In this document: piece by piece, positions 10,801-20,000 of the stretch
Layout of the letters: every line of letters starts with the position of its first letter
How positions within the stretch are numbered: position 1 is the stretch's first letter
NCBI GenBank assembly: GCA_023231475.1
Contig: JALJEE010000692.1
Span: forward strand, 55,084 to 75,083
Source of the DNA: Seison nebaliae
Lineage: Eukaryota
Reading direction: 5' to 3'
DNA length: 20,000 nt
Position numbers and translations under genes: made by a program
Notes under the pieces: generated by a model
The model's input: only the letters and a program-made list of their open reading frames with translations
Databases searched by the model: none
What the model was told of the DNA's origin: nothing

Positions 10801-13800
10801 CATTACTTAATCGTTATTACATAAATGCATTTATTGTGAGTAATAAGTCGGCTAAATAATTTCCATATAAATCGTCGAAAAGAAAACTGAGAAGTAAATC
10901 TAGTTAAACAAATGTAATAAGTTTATTCAATATTCAGATCGAATGTCCAGTTTCTTTCCAGTTCTGTTTCCCTCCCGAATTAGGATCCTCTTGCAAAAAT
11001 GGGAGGAAAATAATTGAGAAAAATTCCGGTGACCAAAATTGGAGAAGAGATGGAGAAGAAAAGAAGAAATAAAAGACTTTTCCATTTATCCCACCAATTC
11101 GATCAATAAATATCAAATGAAATGGAGGATGCATTAGCATAAGAATAATTTCTGCGAGAAACGGTCGAACAAGCACTGTGATGATGAAAAATAGACAGCT
11201 GATCATCTATTTATTAATCATAATGAAGCAGATGCATAAAAATGCAATTTTCTTCTCTCATAATTATTCAATAGGAATAAAAAATTCTTATGAACAACAT
11301 CGATTCATAAACTAATACATCATTAGAATAATAAATACTTTCCTCACTTCAAAACTAAATGATTTCGACTTGTTATTCTTAAAGGTTCAAGTTCATCCTT
11401 CCATACTTCCAACTAAACAGTTTTTCTTCCTTTATCCCATTCCTACTATTGTTCCATTTACCTTACAACAACCTGCTGATTCCTTCTTCGACTTCTTCTT
11501 CTATTTGAGAGATTTACTCAAAACTTTCCTATTGCTCAATCTTCTCATTTTCTTTGATTTCACGGAAATTATATATACTTGTATCGACTTCATATTTGAC
11601 TCGACTCTACGCAGACTGGCATGGATGATTTAGGTAAAATTGTTTCGGGATTATTTTCGAAAGAACATTCGATTGAGAAAAATGACTTTTCTATGATAAA
11701 GAAACAAAATAGTTCCCACAATCCAACTACTTGAATTAGTATGAAAGAATTTTCGTTAAAATTCAATGAACGGAACTTTTCCCATATAAATTATTCACTT
11801 ATATTGGAGACGATAGGAAAGGAATGATAAGAATATTCAAATAAAATGGAGAACGGAGAATGATTAGAAGCGAAATGAATAATTTGAAGAAGTTACTGGA
11901 TAATTCTGGTCAAATTCTTTCGTTATTTCTTTCGCACATTAATCAATGAAGTGTTGTGTTAATGTTCTCTGTTTGCCTTTAAAAAGAACCACCAGAATGT
12001 GAGATAGTAACATTATTTTATTATTTCTTCCTCTCGATATGTTCTAAGATTGACGATAAGTCTATCTTATTTTCTTATCATTCCATTTCGAGCAGAAATA
12101 AGAATTTTTCTAAATTATCATCTTGGCATGATAGATTTACGTAAAACTGACATACTGGAGATCATGCAAATTTCTCTTTTGGATAACAACCTAATGAATG
12201 CAACTCTAATATTATAATGAACACATTTCTCCTAACAGCGAAGTTGTTGGTATAATATTTATACGAATAACATCAAATTTATTATCAATTCGAAGAGAAA
12301 TTATATATAGCATTATATACTTCCCAAAAAAGAAAAACTTCCTTTTAAAAGCGAATTGATGTAGAAAATAAATTAATGTGATTCACGTTGTCAATTGATC
12401 GGTAAATTTTTCATTTTTCATTTTATTCCATATCGTTCTATTAGTGTGTTGGAATGACGGATTAACAATCAATCACCATTATATAGATGTTCGTATTGAT
12501 TAGTCAAGTAGATAGGGAGGTAGATGATTAACGTGGAACTGATAGAAAATAAATTAAAGAACTAATTGTTCTTAACATGACTCATGGATTACCAGATAAT
12601 TATCATCCCGACGGCGATTACAAATAGCATGAAAAGTGGACGGAAGAATAAAAAGAAAGAATTTCTTAGAAAATGGAAGTAAGTAACTTCCATCATACGA
12701 TGTTGTTAAACGATTAATAAAAGGAGTAATACATGGGAGAATGGATGATATACAATTGGACTTTCTTTACTTTACTCCCGCCTACTCTCCCTTCGTCAGT
12801 TGATTCAGTTTATTCCACTTAAATAATGGACATCTGTTTGTAAGTCACCGATTAATGTTGTTTTTCTTTTCTTCATTGTGTTGTTGACTGCTGCCACAAT
12901 TCTTTCCCACTATCCATAATTACTCCAAATCAACAAAACATGACTATTGCCGATATATTTATTATTGATTGATGTTCCTGATAATCATTATCATGATAAT
13001 TTGAGAGAAATTTTTTGTAGATTGACGGGCGATGAGAAAGAATGACAATCTCTTTCATTAGTTCAGGTGTCAATTGGATGGAAAGTGAAGAAGTGTGAAA
13101 GAAATTTAATTTGAAATATTAATGAAATTTGCATTGCCGAATTCGACTCGACGACTACTTGATGAGAGAATTAGAGAACTTTCTCACATTACAATCGACT
13201 AATAATTCCGTTAACTTTCTTCATCTTTCTTCTATACCACATAACTTCGCTCTACCAAATTATACGACTAACAGGCAAATAAATTCCGCTGCAATTCCAT
13301 TGACGAATATCGTCTAACACTTCCGTGGAAATTGAAAGAAATAGAATTAATTCTACGTTCAGCTTCCTCCGTATACTCCACATAATTACAATAATAACAA
13401 ACGATTGTTATTCTTTCTCGTCTCTATTACCTCATTCCAGTAATCAGGTTGATTATTGACAAAATCCTAATTCTTTCTCAACGATATGTCGTCGTCAATG
13501 TGAGAAGGAAAATGATTTTCTTTCTTTCTCTCTGGGTCGTTCGATTGCCCCATGTCAATGAGATCCTACCGGCCATAATCTTTGGACAAATATCGAATTA
13601 ACCTTTTTCGTCAAGATTAAATTATTAATTCGATTCATTCGACTACTCATGAATTGAATTAGAAATAAGTTTTGAGAAGAAGTTGTATGTCAATCCAGAA
13701 ATTAAGATGAGTCTCCAATATAAAGTATTTGTTGTCCATTTTAATTTATTCATCATCTTTTATCTGAAGTGATTGAATTGAGAAAGTTCGTCTTCTTCAG

Positions 13801-15228
13801 TATTCCAATAAGTCAATTTTGATGGAAACACATATTATTCTCACACTTTTCCTTTGAATTGCTGTCGAGAGGTCTTCATCAATTAATAAAGATTTTCATT
13901 AAGTCCTTCTCCGATTATCATCAATTCGATGAGTACGCGGATCGATATGATAACCATTGAATCGAACTCTCTATCATCTTCTTAATATTCGTCTAACCAA
14001 ACATGAGGCGAATAATCGATTTACGTTAGATAAAATTTAATCAATTCGATGTCTCTCCCTCCGTGTGATGGGAAGAGAATCGAATATCAAACAATGCGAA
14101 TAGGACAACTGCCAAAAGAAATTGGATATCGATAGATCGACGTGATTCATCTCATTCAAGAATCGTTGTTTGTCGAGGGCCAGAATGGTAAACAGAAACT
14201 TTCATAATTCCGTCTTCCGGTAGTAGGCGGATGTGAAAATTGTATTTCATGAAAATCTTCGAACAAATATTAAATTTCTCTCTCTTGCTCTTTGTTTGTA
14301 GGAGTATTGAAGATGTGATAATCTCTTTCATGAGGAAGATATTGATATGGAGATGATTGCCAATGTCAAATTGACGAATGCGCTCCAATCTAATGGACAT
14401 TAGATTCCATCTAATCCTCTTAGTTATTCCAAAGATGAAAAGTGCGAAAATAATTAGAAAGATTGGACATTTTCTATCTAACTCCACATTCGACGTACGT
14501 AGCTGAGTAATAAGATAAAATTCTCAATTAAATATAGACATTGTCACTTCTTTAGCAACTTGTCTTTCTACTTCATTTGATGTTCGAAGAGATTCTACAA
14601 CAATACTTTTTCATCTAAAATAAATCTAATGGAAATGATAATAAATTGAGCTAAATTAACCATTTCTTATCTGAAACTCGAATATGTATGTACTACCAGT
14701 CGAATTAGGAAAGAAGTTTGCTACAATGTCCATTACTATTAAACTGCCATCTGCCTCATATCTCATCCTTCTCCCACATTAGACAAGGCGGCACTGGAAT
14801 AAATTAAATTATGTGGTGTCCAGTTACTCGATTCTTGTCAATTGTCAATAGGGAAAACATCATCTTTCTCCAAGTCGAGATGGAACTCATGAAAAGAATT
14901 CTCTCATCTTCTTAATTCATTCACTTTTTACTATTCTTGTGCACGAATCGATTTAATCGATTAACATACAAAAAAATTATCAGAACTCAATTCATATTTA
15001 TCAGAAGAAAAGAAAAAGTTTTTCTTTTCATAACGTCAACTATTCGCTTCAACGATTAATGCACATCTGCTGCCTCTCCTACTATATTAAACAATTTCCA
15101 TTTCTCTCAAATTCGCATCCTCATTTATTGCTTCATCACATCTCATATGAAACCGTTCAGTACAATCAATAAATATGAGTTAATTGCTATCAAGCTAATT
15201 CATGCGTTTGGAAATAATTACAATAAAT

Positions 15229-15234
15229 TTTATT
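15229..15234 (-). terminator. Candidate polyadenylation signal of PRPF38A
   Basis: Minus-strand AATAAA about 35 nt after the stop codon. Such hexamers are common in AT-rich DNA. Confidence 0.4.
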
Positions 15235-15269
15235 TAAAAAAACGAGTTTTTAGAATGATTTTGAAGAAT

Positions 15270-16244
15270 TTATTTTCGATGATGACGTTTCGATGATTTG
15301 TCTTTTCTAGAATACCTTCCACCTCCGTCATAATCAGAATCTTCATCTGATGTCTTTGAAGAATGTCTTCTTCGATGACGATGATGTCGCCGTTCTCTTT
15401 CATATTCTAATTGGGGCATCCGATGACGAGAATGATGGTAAGAATGACGAGATGAACTACGTTCAGGAGAACGACTTTTCCGACATCTTCTACGAGAACT
15501 CGTTTCTCGATAAGATTCATGGCTCTTTTTTGATGTTTCTTCTTCTTTTCCATATTGTGAAATTTTGATTTTTTTCGTTTTCTCATCCACATCATCTAAT
15601 TCTTTATCATTCTCTTTCACTTTTTCCAATTCTTGATTTTTATTTGATTCGTTATCTTCTTTTCCTTCCATCACTTCGGTTAACGACAGATCGAGAGAAC
15701 TAACATATTCCTCCAATTTCTTCTCTTCGACTAACAATCGTCGTTCTGGTAAGCGAGGTAATGCTGTATTGCATACACGTTCATTATGAAGAAGTTCATC
15801 AACGAATTCATCCATATGTACCAATTCGAAATTTCCATCTATTTTCAATCGTTTCATTTTTGAACAATCATTATAAAGTGGCTCTAAATATTTATAAATT
15901 TGAACTGCCGTTCCTGTTAATCTGAGATAAATGGCACCCAATGCTCTCGCATATTTACTATGTTCCTGACGTATAAATTCGATGATGATGTCCTTCTCCG
16001 GTTGAATTTGGAGCATTTTCAATAACAATGAAATAAAAGGAGTTGGTTTCGTATTACCACCGTAAGCACCACCGATGAACTTTAATTCAATCGCTTTGTC
16101 CACCATCAACTCGGCGGTTAAACCGAAGCATTCTTCTTTCCAAAATTTTGAATCGTAAATTCGAGTGCGCACAATCTTCTCAACTAAATATTGAGGATTA
16201 GTGCCGTGCACAGTTTTAGCTTCCTTTATTGTACGATTAGCCAT
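15270..16244 (-). CDS. PRPF38A: Pre-mRNA splicing factor 38A (intronless, 324 aa)
   Basis: MANRT..HGTNPQYLVEKIVRTRIYDSKFWKEECFGLTAE..KPTPF..LKMLQIQPEKDII is the PRP38A N-terminal domain, followed by an acidic linker and an Arg/Ser/His-rich tail. Confidence 0.97.
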   Translation of the reverse strand: MANRTIKEAKTVHGTNPQYLVEKIVRTRIYDSKFWKEECFGLTAELMVDKAIELKFIGGAYGGNTKPTPFISLLLKMLQIQPEKDIIIEFIRQEHSKYARALGAIYLRLTGTAVQIYKYLEPLYNDCSKMKRLKIDGNFELVHMDEFVDELLHNERVCNTALPRLPERRLLVEEKKLEEYVSSLDLSLTEVMEGKEDNESNKNQELEKVKENDKELDDVDEKTKKIKISQYGKEEETSKKSHESYRETSSRRRCRKSRSPERSSSRHSYHHSRHRMPQLEYERERRHHRHRRRHSSKTSDEDSDYDGGGRYSRKDKSSKRHHRK

Positions 16245-16500
16245 CTTTCATTAAATCACCATTAAAAATTGTCCATCGAAGTTAATACGAACTAAAATAT
16301 ATTAATTTCTAAATTAAATTCTTAACTGAGGTGAAGCCTCAAAATTATGAATGAAACAATGTGCGAATTAAAATAATCATCAAATGTCAGAGTTGGGGAA
16401 AGAAAATATTGTCGAAAAATTCATAAGAAATCTCGATGTCGAAATATTCTAATTGAGAAATCGCACGACTTGGACAAAACTTGAACTGCTTCAAGCAAAA

Positions 16501-16521
16501 TAAGTGCATTCAATGCACTTA
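16501..16521. repeat. Perfect palindrome with 10-bp arms
   Basis: TAAGTGCATT-C-AATGCACTTA. Confidence 0.85.
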
Positions 16522-16765
16522 ACTCCTAAAGAACCTTATACTCCATAAAATGTAAGCAATATTGATAAATTAAAAATCGGAAAACACTACGATGTTTAAA
16601 ATCATCCCTTTAATATATTTGTTAATTTCTAGGAGAAAATTAAAATGTTCCATGACTCACCAAAGAGACTTTTACCCAATAATTTTATTATAGGTATCGT
16701 TAAGAGAAGCAGGGAGATTTTCCATTATTATTTTTTTGTCCCTTTATCGATCTAATCCCTATTTT

Positions 16766-16877
16766 ATCGATCCACAGTCGATCATTTTGACTATTTAATA
16801 AATTTGACATTAAGACACAATTTTTGCAGCACAATTTATTTAAAAATGATAGTCAAAATGATCGACTGTGGATCGAT
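16766..16877. repeat. Perfect 29-bp inverted repeat with a 54-bp spacer (MITE-like foldback)
   Basis: ATCGATCCACAGTCGATCATTTTGACTAT (16766-16794) is the exact reverse complement of 16849-16877. Confidence 0.9.
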
Positions 16878-16921
16878 GTGTTAGTGTTTGTTCATATTAG
16901 CGTGACAGTAAAAACTTAATA

Positions 16922-16976
16922 GTTTAAACTATTTCGTTTAAACTATAGAATTGACTATAAAGTAAAAGTTTAAACT
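16922..16976. repeat. Three copies of GTTTAAACT
   Basis: Copies at 16922, 16936 and 16968; the core GTTTAAAC is palindromic. Confidence 0.75.
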
Positions 16977-16979
16977 TAG

Positions 16980-17163
16980 TGTCGCAACAGAATGAACCGA
17001 AAACCGAAATTGATTCCCGTTTTCGGACTCGTTTGAACTGATTGGATTGAGCGTAGTATAAATAGAGTTTTAATGTACGAATAAACAGTTTTCGAGTTTT
17101 TAAGTTTTTTGTTCTTTTCTTTCTTTCTTTCTAAACTTGTTTGTTTCATGTCTACTCGAGACA
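16980..17163 (+). mobile_element. Possible solo LTR (184 bp)
   Basis: TGTC...GACA termini, with TATAAATAGAG (17057) then AATAAA (17080) then a T-rich tract, in LTR order. It overlaps the last codons of the transposase relic. No target-site duplication (CTTAG vs AACGT). Confidence 0.45.
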
Positions 17164-17654
17164 AACGTTTCCCTTCTTTTCTAAGACATAAGAAATTCTT
17201 TTTCCAAACGTTTTAATGAGTTTATTAATAAAATCCTGATCAATTTTTCCCCAGGACCGGACAATTTCCGCTTTTAGGTCCGAAATATTATCGAACTGTT
17301 TTTTTTCTTCAAACACAAAATAACTAACAAGGGATCATTCATACAGAGAGTTCAGAAACTTAAAAAATTTTTATACTATCTTATAGAACATTATTTTTGA
17401 AAATTTTTAATGCAATCAAAATGGGCATCTGGTGTCTTATAAGTACCCTAATTTAATTAAATCGGTTTAAGCCTAATAAAACGACCGAATTGTTACTGTT
17501 TAAAAAATAAACCTTTTTCATTTTTTCTTCAATTTTTCAAGGTAAAACCATCAGGACCATCGATATGAAATTTTTTTTCGTCGCTAAAAATAACGAATTG
17601 ACCATTATTTCCTTCGCTAATCCAATTTCTGATTTTCTCCACTCGGTTGGCCTT
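17152..17654 (-). pseudogene. Degenerate, interrupted Tc1/mariner-superfamily (Tc3-like) transposase
   Basis: 17654-17484 reads KANRVEKIRNWISEGNNGQFVIFSDEKKFHIDGPDGFTLKN*RKNEKGLFFKQ*QFG (cf. the Tc3 motif VVFSDEKKFNLDGPDG). 17340-17152 reads E*SLVSYFVFEEKKQFDNISDLKAEIVRSWGKIDQDFINKLIKTFGKRISYVLEKKGNV, a Tc1-type C-terminus. In-frame stops, and the catalytic middle is missing. Confidence 0.85.
17342..17480 (+). mobile_element. Probable end of a second Tc1/mariner-type element replacing the middle of the transposase
   Basis: TA-CAGAGAGTTCAGAAAC starts where transposase homology breaks. TA followed by CAG is the usual Tc1/mariner terminus. I saw no partner TIR in the window, and the right boundary is approximate. 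Confidence 0.4.
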
Positions 17655-17680
17655 ACAACATCATCGGAGACGTCTACTAC

Positions 17681-18049
17681 TTACAACTTACTTACATCCT
17701 TTGGAGAACGAACATCAACATGTGCCGAATCAAGAAGGATATTATTTGGAGAACGATCATCAACATGTGCCGATTCAGAGAACAGATTTTTTGGAGAGCG
17801 CACATCAACATGTGCCGAATCAGATAGGATATTATTTGTCGATTCTTCATCTTCTTCGTCGATGTTTAAAAAATTATTCTTCAACTCGCATTCTTTGATC
17901 AAAATATTTTTGAGTTTAAAATAAAGTTGCTTCTCTTTCAAATTCATCTTCGTTTTCCATTCACGATCGTCATCGAAAACGAAATTTTCAGCAAAAAAAT
18001 TATATAAATTTTGAAGAATTCTTATCGGATCTACCCGTAAGATGGTCAT
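17681..18049 (-). CDS. Hypothetical ORF or gene fragment with an acidic patch and three 15-aa repeats
   Basis: Open from ATG 18049 (or 17947) to TAA 17681. It contains IDEEDEE and (N-I/L-L/F-x-D/E-SAHVD-V/D-RSP-K/N)x3. No recognisable family. Confidence 0.35.
   Translation of the reverse strand: MTILRVDPIRILQNLYNFFAENFVFDDDREWKTKMNLKEKQLYFKLKNILIKECELKNNFLNIDEEDEESTNNILSDSAHVDVRSPKNLFSESAHVDDRSPNNILLDSAHVDVRSPKDVSKL
17701..17835. repeat. Tandem repeat, 3 x 45 bp
   Basis: Units start at 17701, 17746 and 17791, all TTGGAGA.CG..CATCAACATGTGCCGA.TCA, with no indels. Confidence 0.95.
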
Positions 18050-18613
18050 GGTTAAGATACAAAAAAAATTCAATATTAAAAAACATGAAAATCTAGGATG
18101 AGTCAAAAAATTAAACAGTTTTACATAAATATTTTCATGTTATAAATGTCTTTCTTTTCAAAATGTGTGGGAAAAGTGCGATCCTATGCGCTATGTATTT
18201 TTCATTGTAATTAATGTTATGCACTTATTTGAGTGCATATGCCTATTTAATTTATATTTTCATTGATGAAAAATAATGCTCTACTTATATTCCAAATTTC
18301 AATTTAAAATGAGACAGTCACCTTTTTAAGGTTCCCTTGTTAGATTTTTTTGTTAACAAAGTTCTTTTTTCATTTTTTCTCTTCGAAACGGCGATTTTGT
18401 TAATCTTCGATTCACTCGACACTCGCGACACACTAATTCTAATTCCAACAATATTGAGTCTTCTATTATATTTAGTGATCTGTATTTTAATTATTTTTCA
18501 TGGTTTCGAATCTATTGTCTATATACAAAACCTTTTTATATCTATTTTTATAAGTTAAGTAGAACAAAATCCAATCGACTGTTATATTTTAAAATTAGTC
18601 TTATTCTTATTTT

Positions 18614-18660
18614 TTGGTTAATACCATTAACCAATCATTATTAAGAGTTTACTATAAAAG
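18614..18660 (+). promoter_or_regulatory. 9-bp perfect inverted repeat and TATA-like box upstream of the structured island
   Basis: TTGGTTAAT-ACC-ATTAACCAA (18614-18634) and TATAAAAG (18653-18660). Promoter function is inferred only. Confidence 0.3.
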
Positions 18661-18701
18661 GAGAGAATTTGTTGAACTATTTTCAATTTCTATTTTCTTA
18701 A

Positions 18702-19117
18702 TGCGTGTTGGTGAGAAAGTTAATTTTCATATTTCTTTTTGCTAAATAATTTGATTTTTACTACTTTTTTTAGAATCACCAACGCGCACCTCGTCCTTTA
18801 GAGATCCGGCGAAGCGACAGTGGGATGACCTTTGCCTCTTGGCGACACTAGGTCACTATAGATGGTAAGTGGTCCTCCGATAATTACATACGGTATCTCA
18901 ATGGGAACCATTGAGCGGTTGTCGAGATATCGGTTATTTATCATCTGGTAATCTCACATGGCAACCATTGGGCGGTTGTCGAGATTAGAGATGGTCAGGG
19001 TCTATCGGGTATTGATGGCAACGTTGGCCCAGTTATCATCATACCTGATGATTAGGTTGAGGTAAGCCTAGGGGCCCCATTTGACCTAGTGGGCGTGGCT
19101 CTGGTTCCTCCCGCTAG
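18702..19117 (+). ncRNA. Putative multibranched structured RNA of unknown family
   Basis: GC-richer island with nested stems: 18702-14/18776-88, 18791-97/18822-28, 18846-55/19082-91, 18861-65/19077-81, 18871-76/19071-76, 18877-82/19003-08, 18891-99/18924-32, 18940-46/18989-95, 18949-55/18981-87, 18960-66/18974-80, 19013-19/19032-38 and 19053-58/19065-70. Non-Watson-Crick positions are almost all G-U on the plus strand. Confidence 0.6.
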
Positions 19118-19840
19118 AACAAATTACATTGGAAGGAATTGGAATATGAATTTCGACTGGATGAATGAGAAATTTCATATTATATGTGATTAGGAAATGA
19201 ACTTCGAACGGCCAACATTAATGAAGAACATGAGTGAATTGTAACACGTCTAACAATGTATCGCGGATAATATGTGTCTTTATAGTTAAGAAATCGTTGC
19301 TTAAGAATATTTATTCAAAAACATTAATTGTTGTTAACTCATATGAATAACCATTTTCATTCCTTTGTCGGTTCAAAATAAAATATAAAAAACTTTGAAT
19401 ATTATTATTATTCCCTAAGTTCGTATAAATGAGTTTACTCTTTGAGATAGTGGTAACTGAAAAAATTCCTAGTGTGAGTATAACTCAAATTTAACTATTT
19501 TTTTATAAAAAAAATTGGTTTAGAAGAGTATCTGAAAGAAGAGAAAATGACATTAGCAAAGGTGAAAAGAAGAGCAAAGAAGAAATATAGATTTGAAAAA
19601 GGAAATTAGGAAACGATTTAGGCTATCTAAAAGCGATCGAGAAATCGAAAAAAATATACTTTATTCATTAAGACTATTATTGAAAATCATTAATTCGATT
19701 TATTATTTATAAATAAAGTTATACCGATTACAAAACGAAGATAATATAAACTTTGCCACCGAAATTAAGTTTTAAAAAAATTAGGTCTATTTAAGGCAAC
19801 ATCGAATGTAATAAAGTGATATATAATTTTCTTATCGTCA

Positions 19841-19999
19841 TTAATCCGTATAACTTTCTAGTAAAACTCCTGTAATCTTTTCAAATTTCAACATTTCTGT
19901 GAAACGTTCAATATCGGTAACTTTAATGGAATGTTCATCATTCATTAAGATCCATTCATTTCCCCTTAGAATTAATGCCATTGCGTGAATTGCTGTAGA
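19841..19999 (-). CDS. C-terminal end of a papain-fold (USP/C19-like) cysteine protease domain entering from the right edge
   Basis: Open frame STAIHAMALILRGNEWILMNDEHSIKVTDIERFTEMLKFEKITGVLLESYTD*. The H...W-x-x-x-N-D spacing resembles the USP His box. Not in the ORF track. Confidence 0.55.
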   Translation of the reverse strand, partial: STAIHAMALILRGNEWILMNDEHSIKVTDIERFTEMLKFEKITGVLLESYTD

Positions 20000-20000
20000 T

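Noticed and set aside
6361..14487. Short ORFs at 6361, 7029, 8208, 10934, 11370, 13129 and 14152
   Set aside because: No recognisable motifs, compositions expected from AT-rich non-coding DNA, several non-ATG starts, and I could not build a spliced model.
15350..15595. ORFs 15350-15568 (+) and 15407-15595 (-)
   Set aside because: Shadows of the low-complexity PRPF38A tail.
17701..17835. CRISPR-like reading of the repeats
   Set aside because: Contiguous tandem units without unique spacers, eukaryotic context and no cas genes.
17565..17924. Plus-strand ORFs 17565-17924 and 17647-17898
   Set aside because: Kept open by the 45-bp repeat; the first is antisense to the transposase motif.
18773..18820. 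HDV-like ribozyme around CCTCGTCC...GGCGAA
   Set aside because: I could not build P1 and P2 of adequate length.
19045..19075. Hammerhead ribozyme at CTGATGA plus hairpin
   Set aside because: The stem is followed by GGGG, not the required GAAA, and no stem III or cleavage triplet fits.
18846..19091. RNase MRP/P or telomerase RNA identity for the island
   Set aside because: GGGGC near the closing helix recalls MRP CR-V, but there is no GAAAGUCCCC-type CR-I and no room for P3. I saw no telomeric template.
18338..19255. LTR bounded by TGTTAGA...TCTAACA enclosing the structured island
   Set aside because: The 7-bp inverted ends are real, but there is no TSD (TCCCT vs ATGTA), no internal AATAAA and no clear PBS or PPT. 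Worth rechecking if other copies are found.
19505..19610. Gag-like remnant KKIGLEEYLKEEKMTLAKVKRRAKKKYRFEKGN
   Set aside because: Too short, purine-rich and low in complexity to support.

Overview
AT-rich eukaryotic DNA, apparently from an animal with a compact genome; no prokaryotic features. The left 5 kb holds three tightly packed minus-strand genes that I reconstructed by hand: an intronless, divergent eIF3g (937-1680), a 3-exon orphan Cys-rich type I membrane protein (1843-2489) and an 8-exon, probably GPI-anchored protein with three Ig-like domains (3204-4869). All nine reconstructed introns are 42-64 nt and have GTY donors (8 GTT, 1 GTC), never GTR. About 10 kb with no convincing CDS follows, then an intronless PRPF38A (15270-16244). 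The last 3.7 kb is a patchwork of mobile-element debris: a 29-bp perfect inverted repeat, a possible solo LTR, an interrupted Tc1/Tc3-like transposase relic, a 45-bp tandem repeat ORF and the end of a USP-like cysteine protease ORF. Inside it sits a GC-richer ~415-nt island (18702-19117) that folds by eye into a multibranched, G-U-rich plus-strand RNA with duplicated hairpins. I could not assign it to a known family, and it is the best candidate here for something undescribed.
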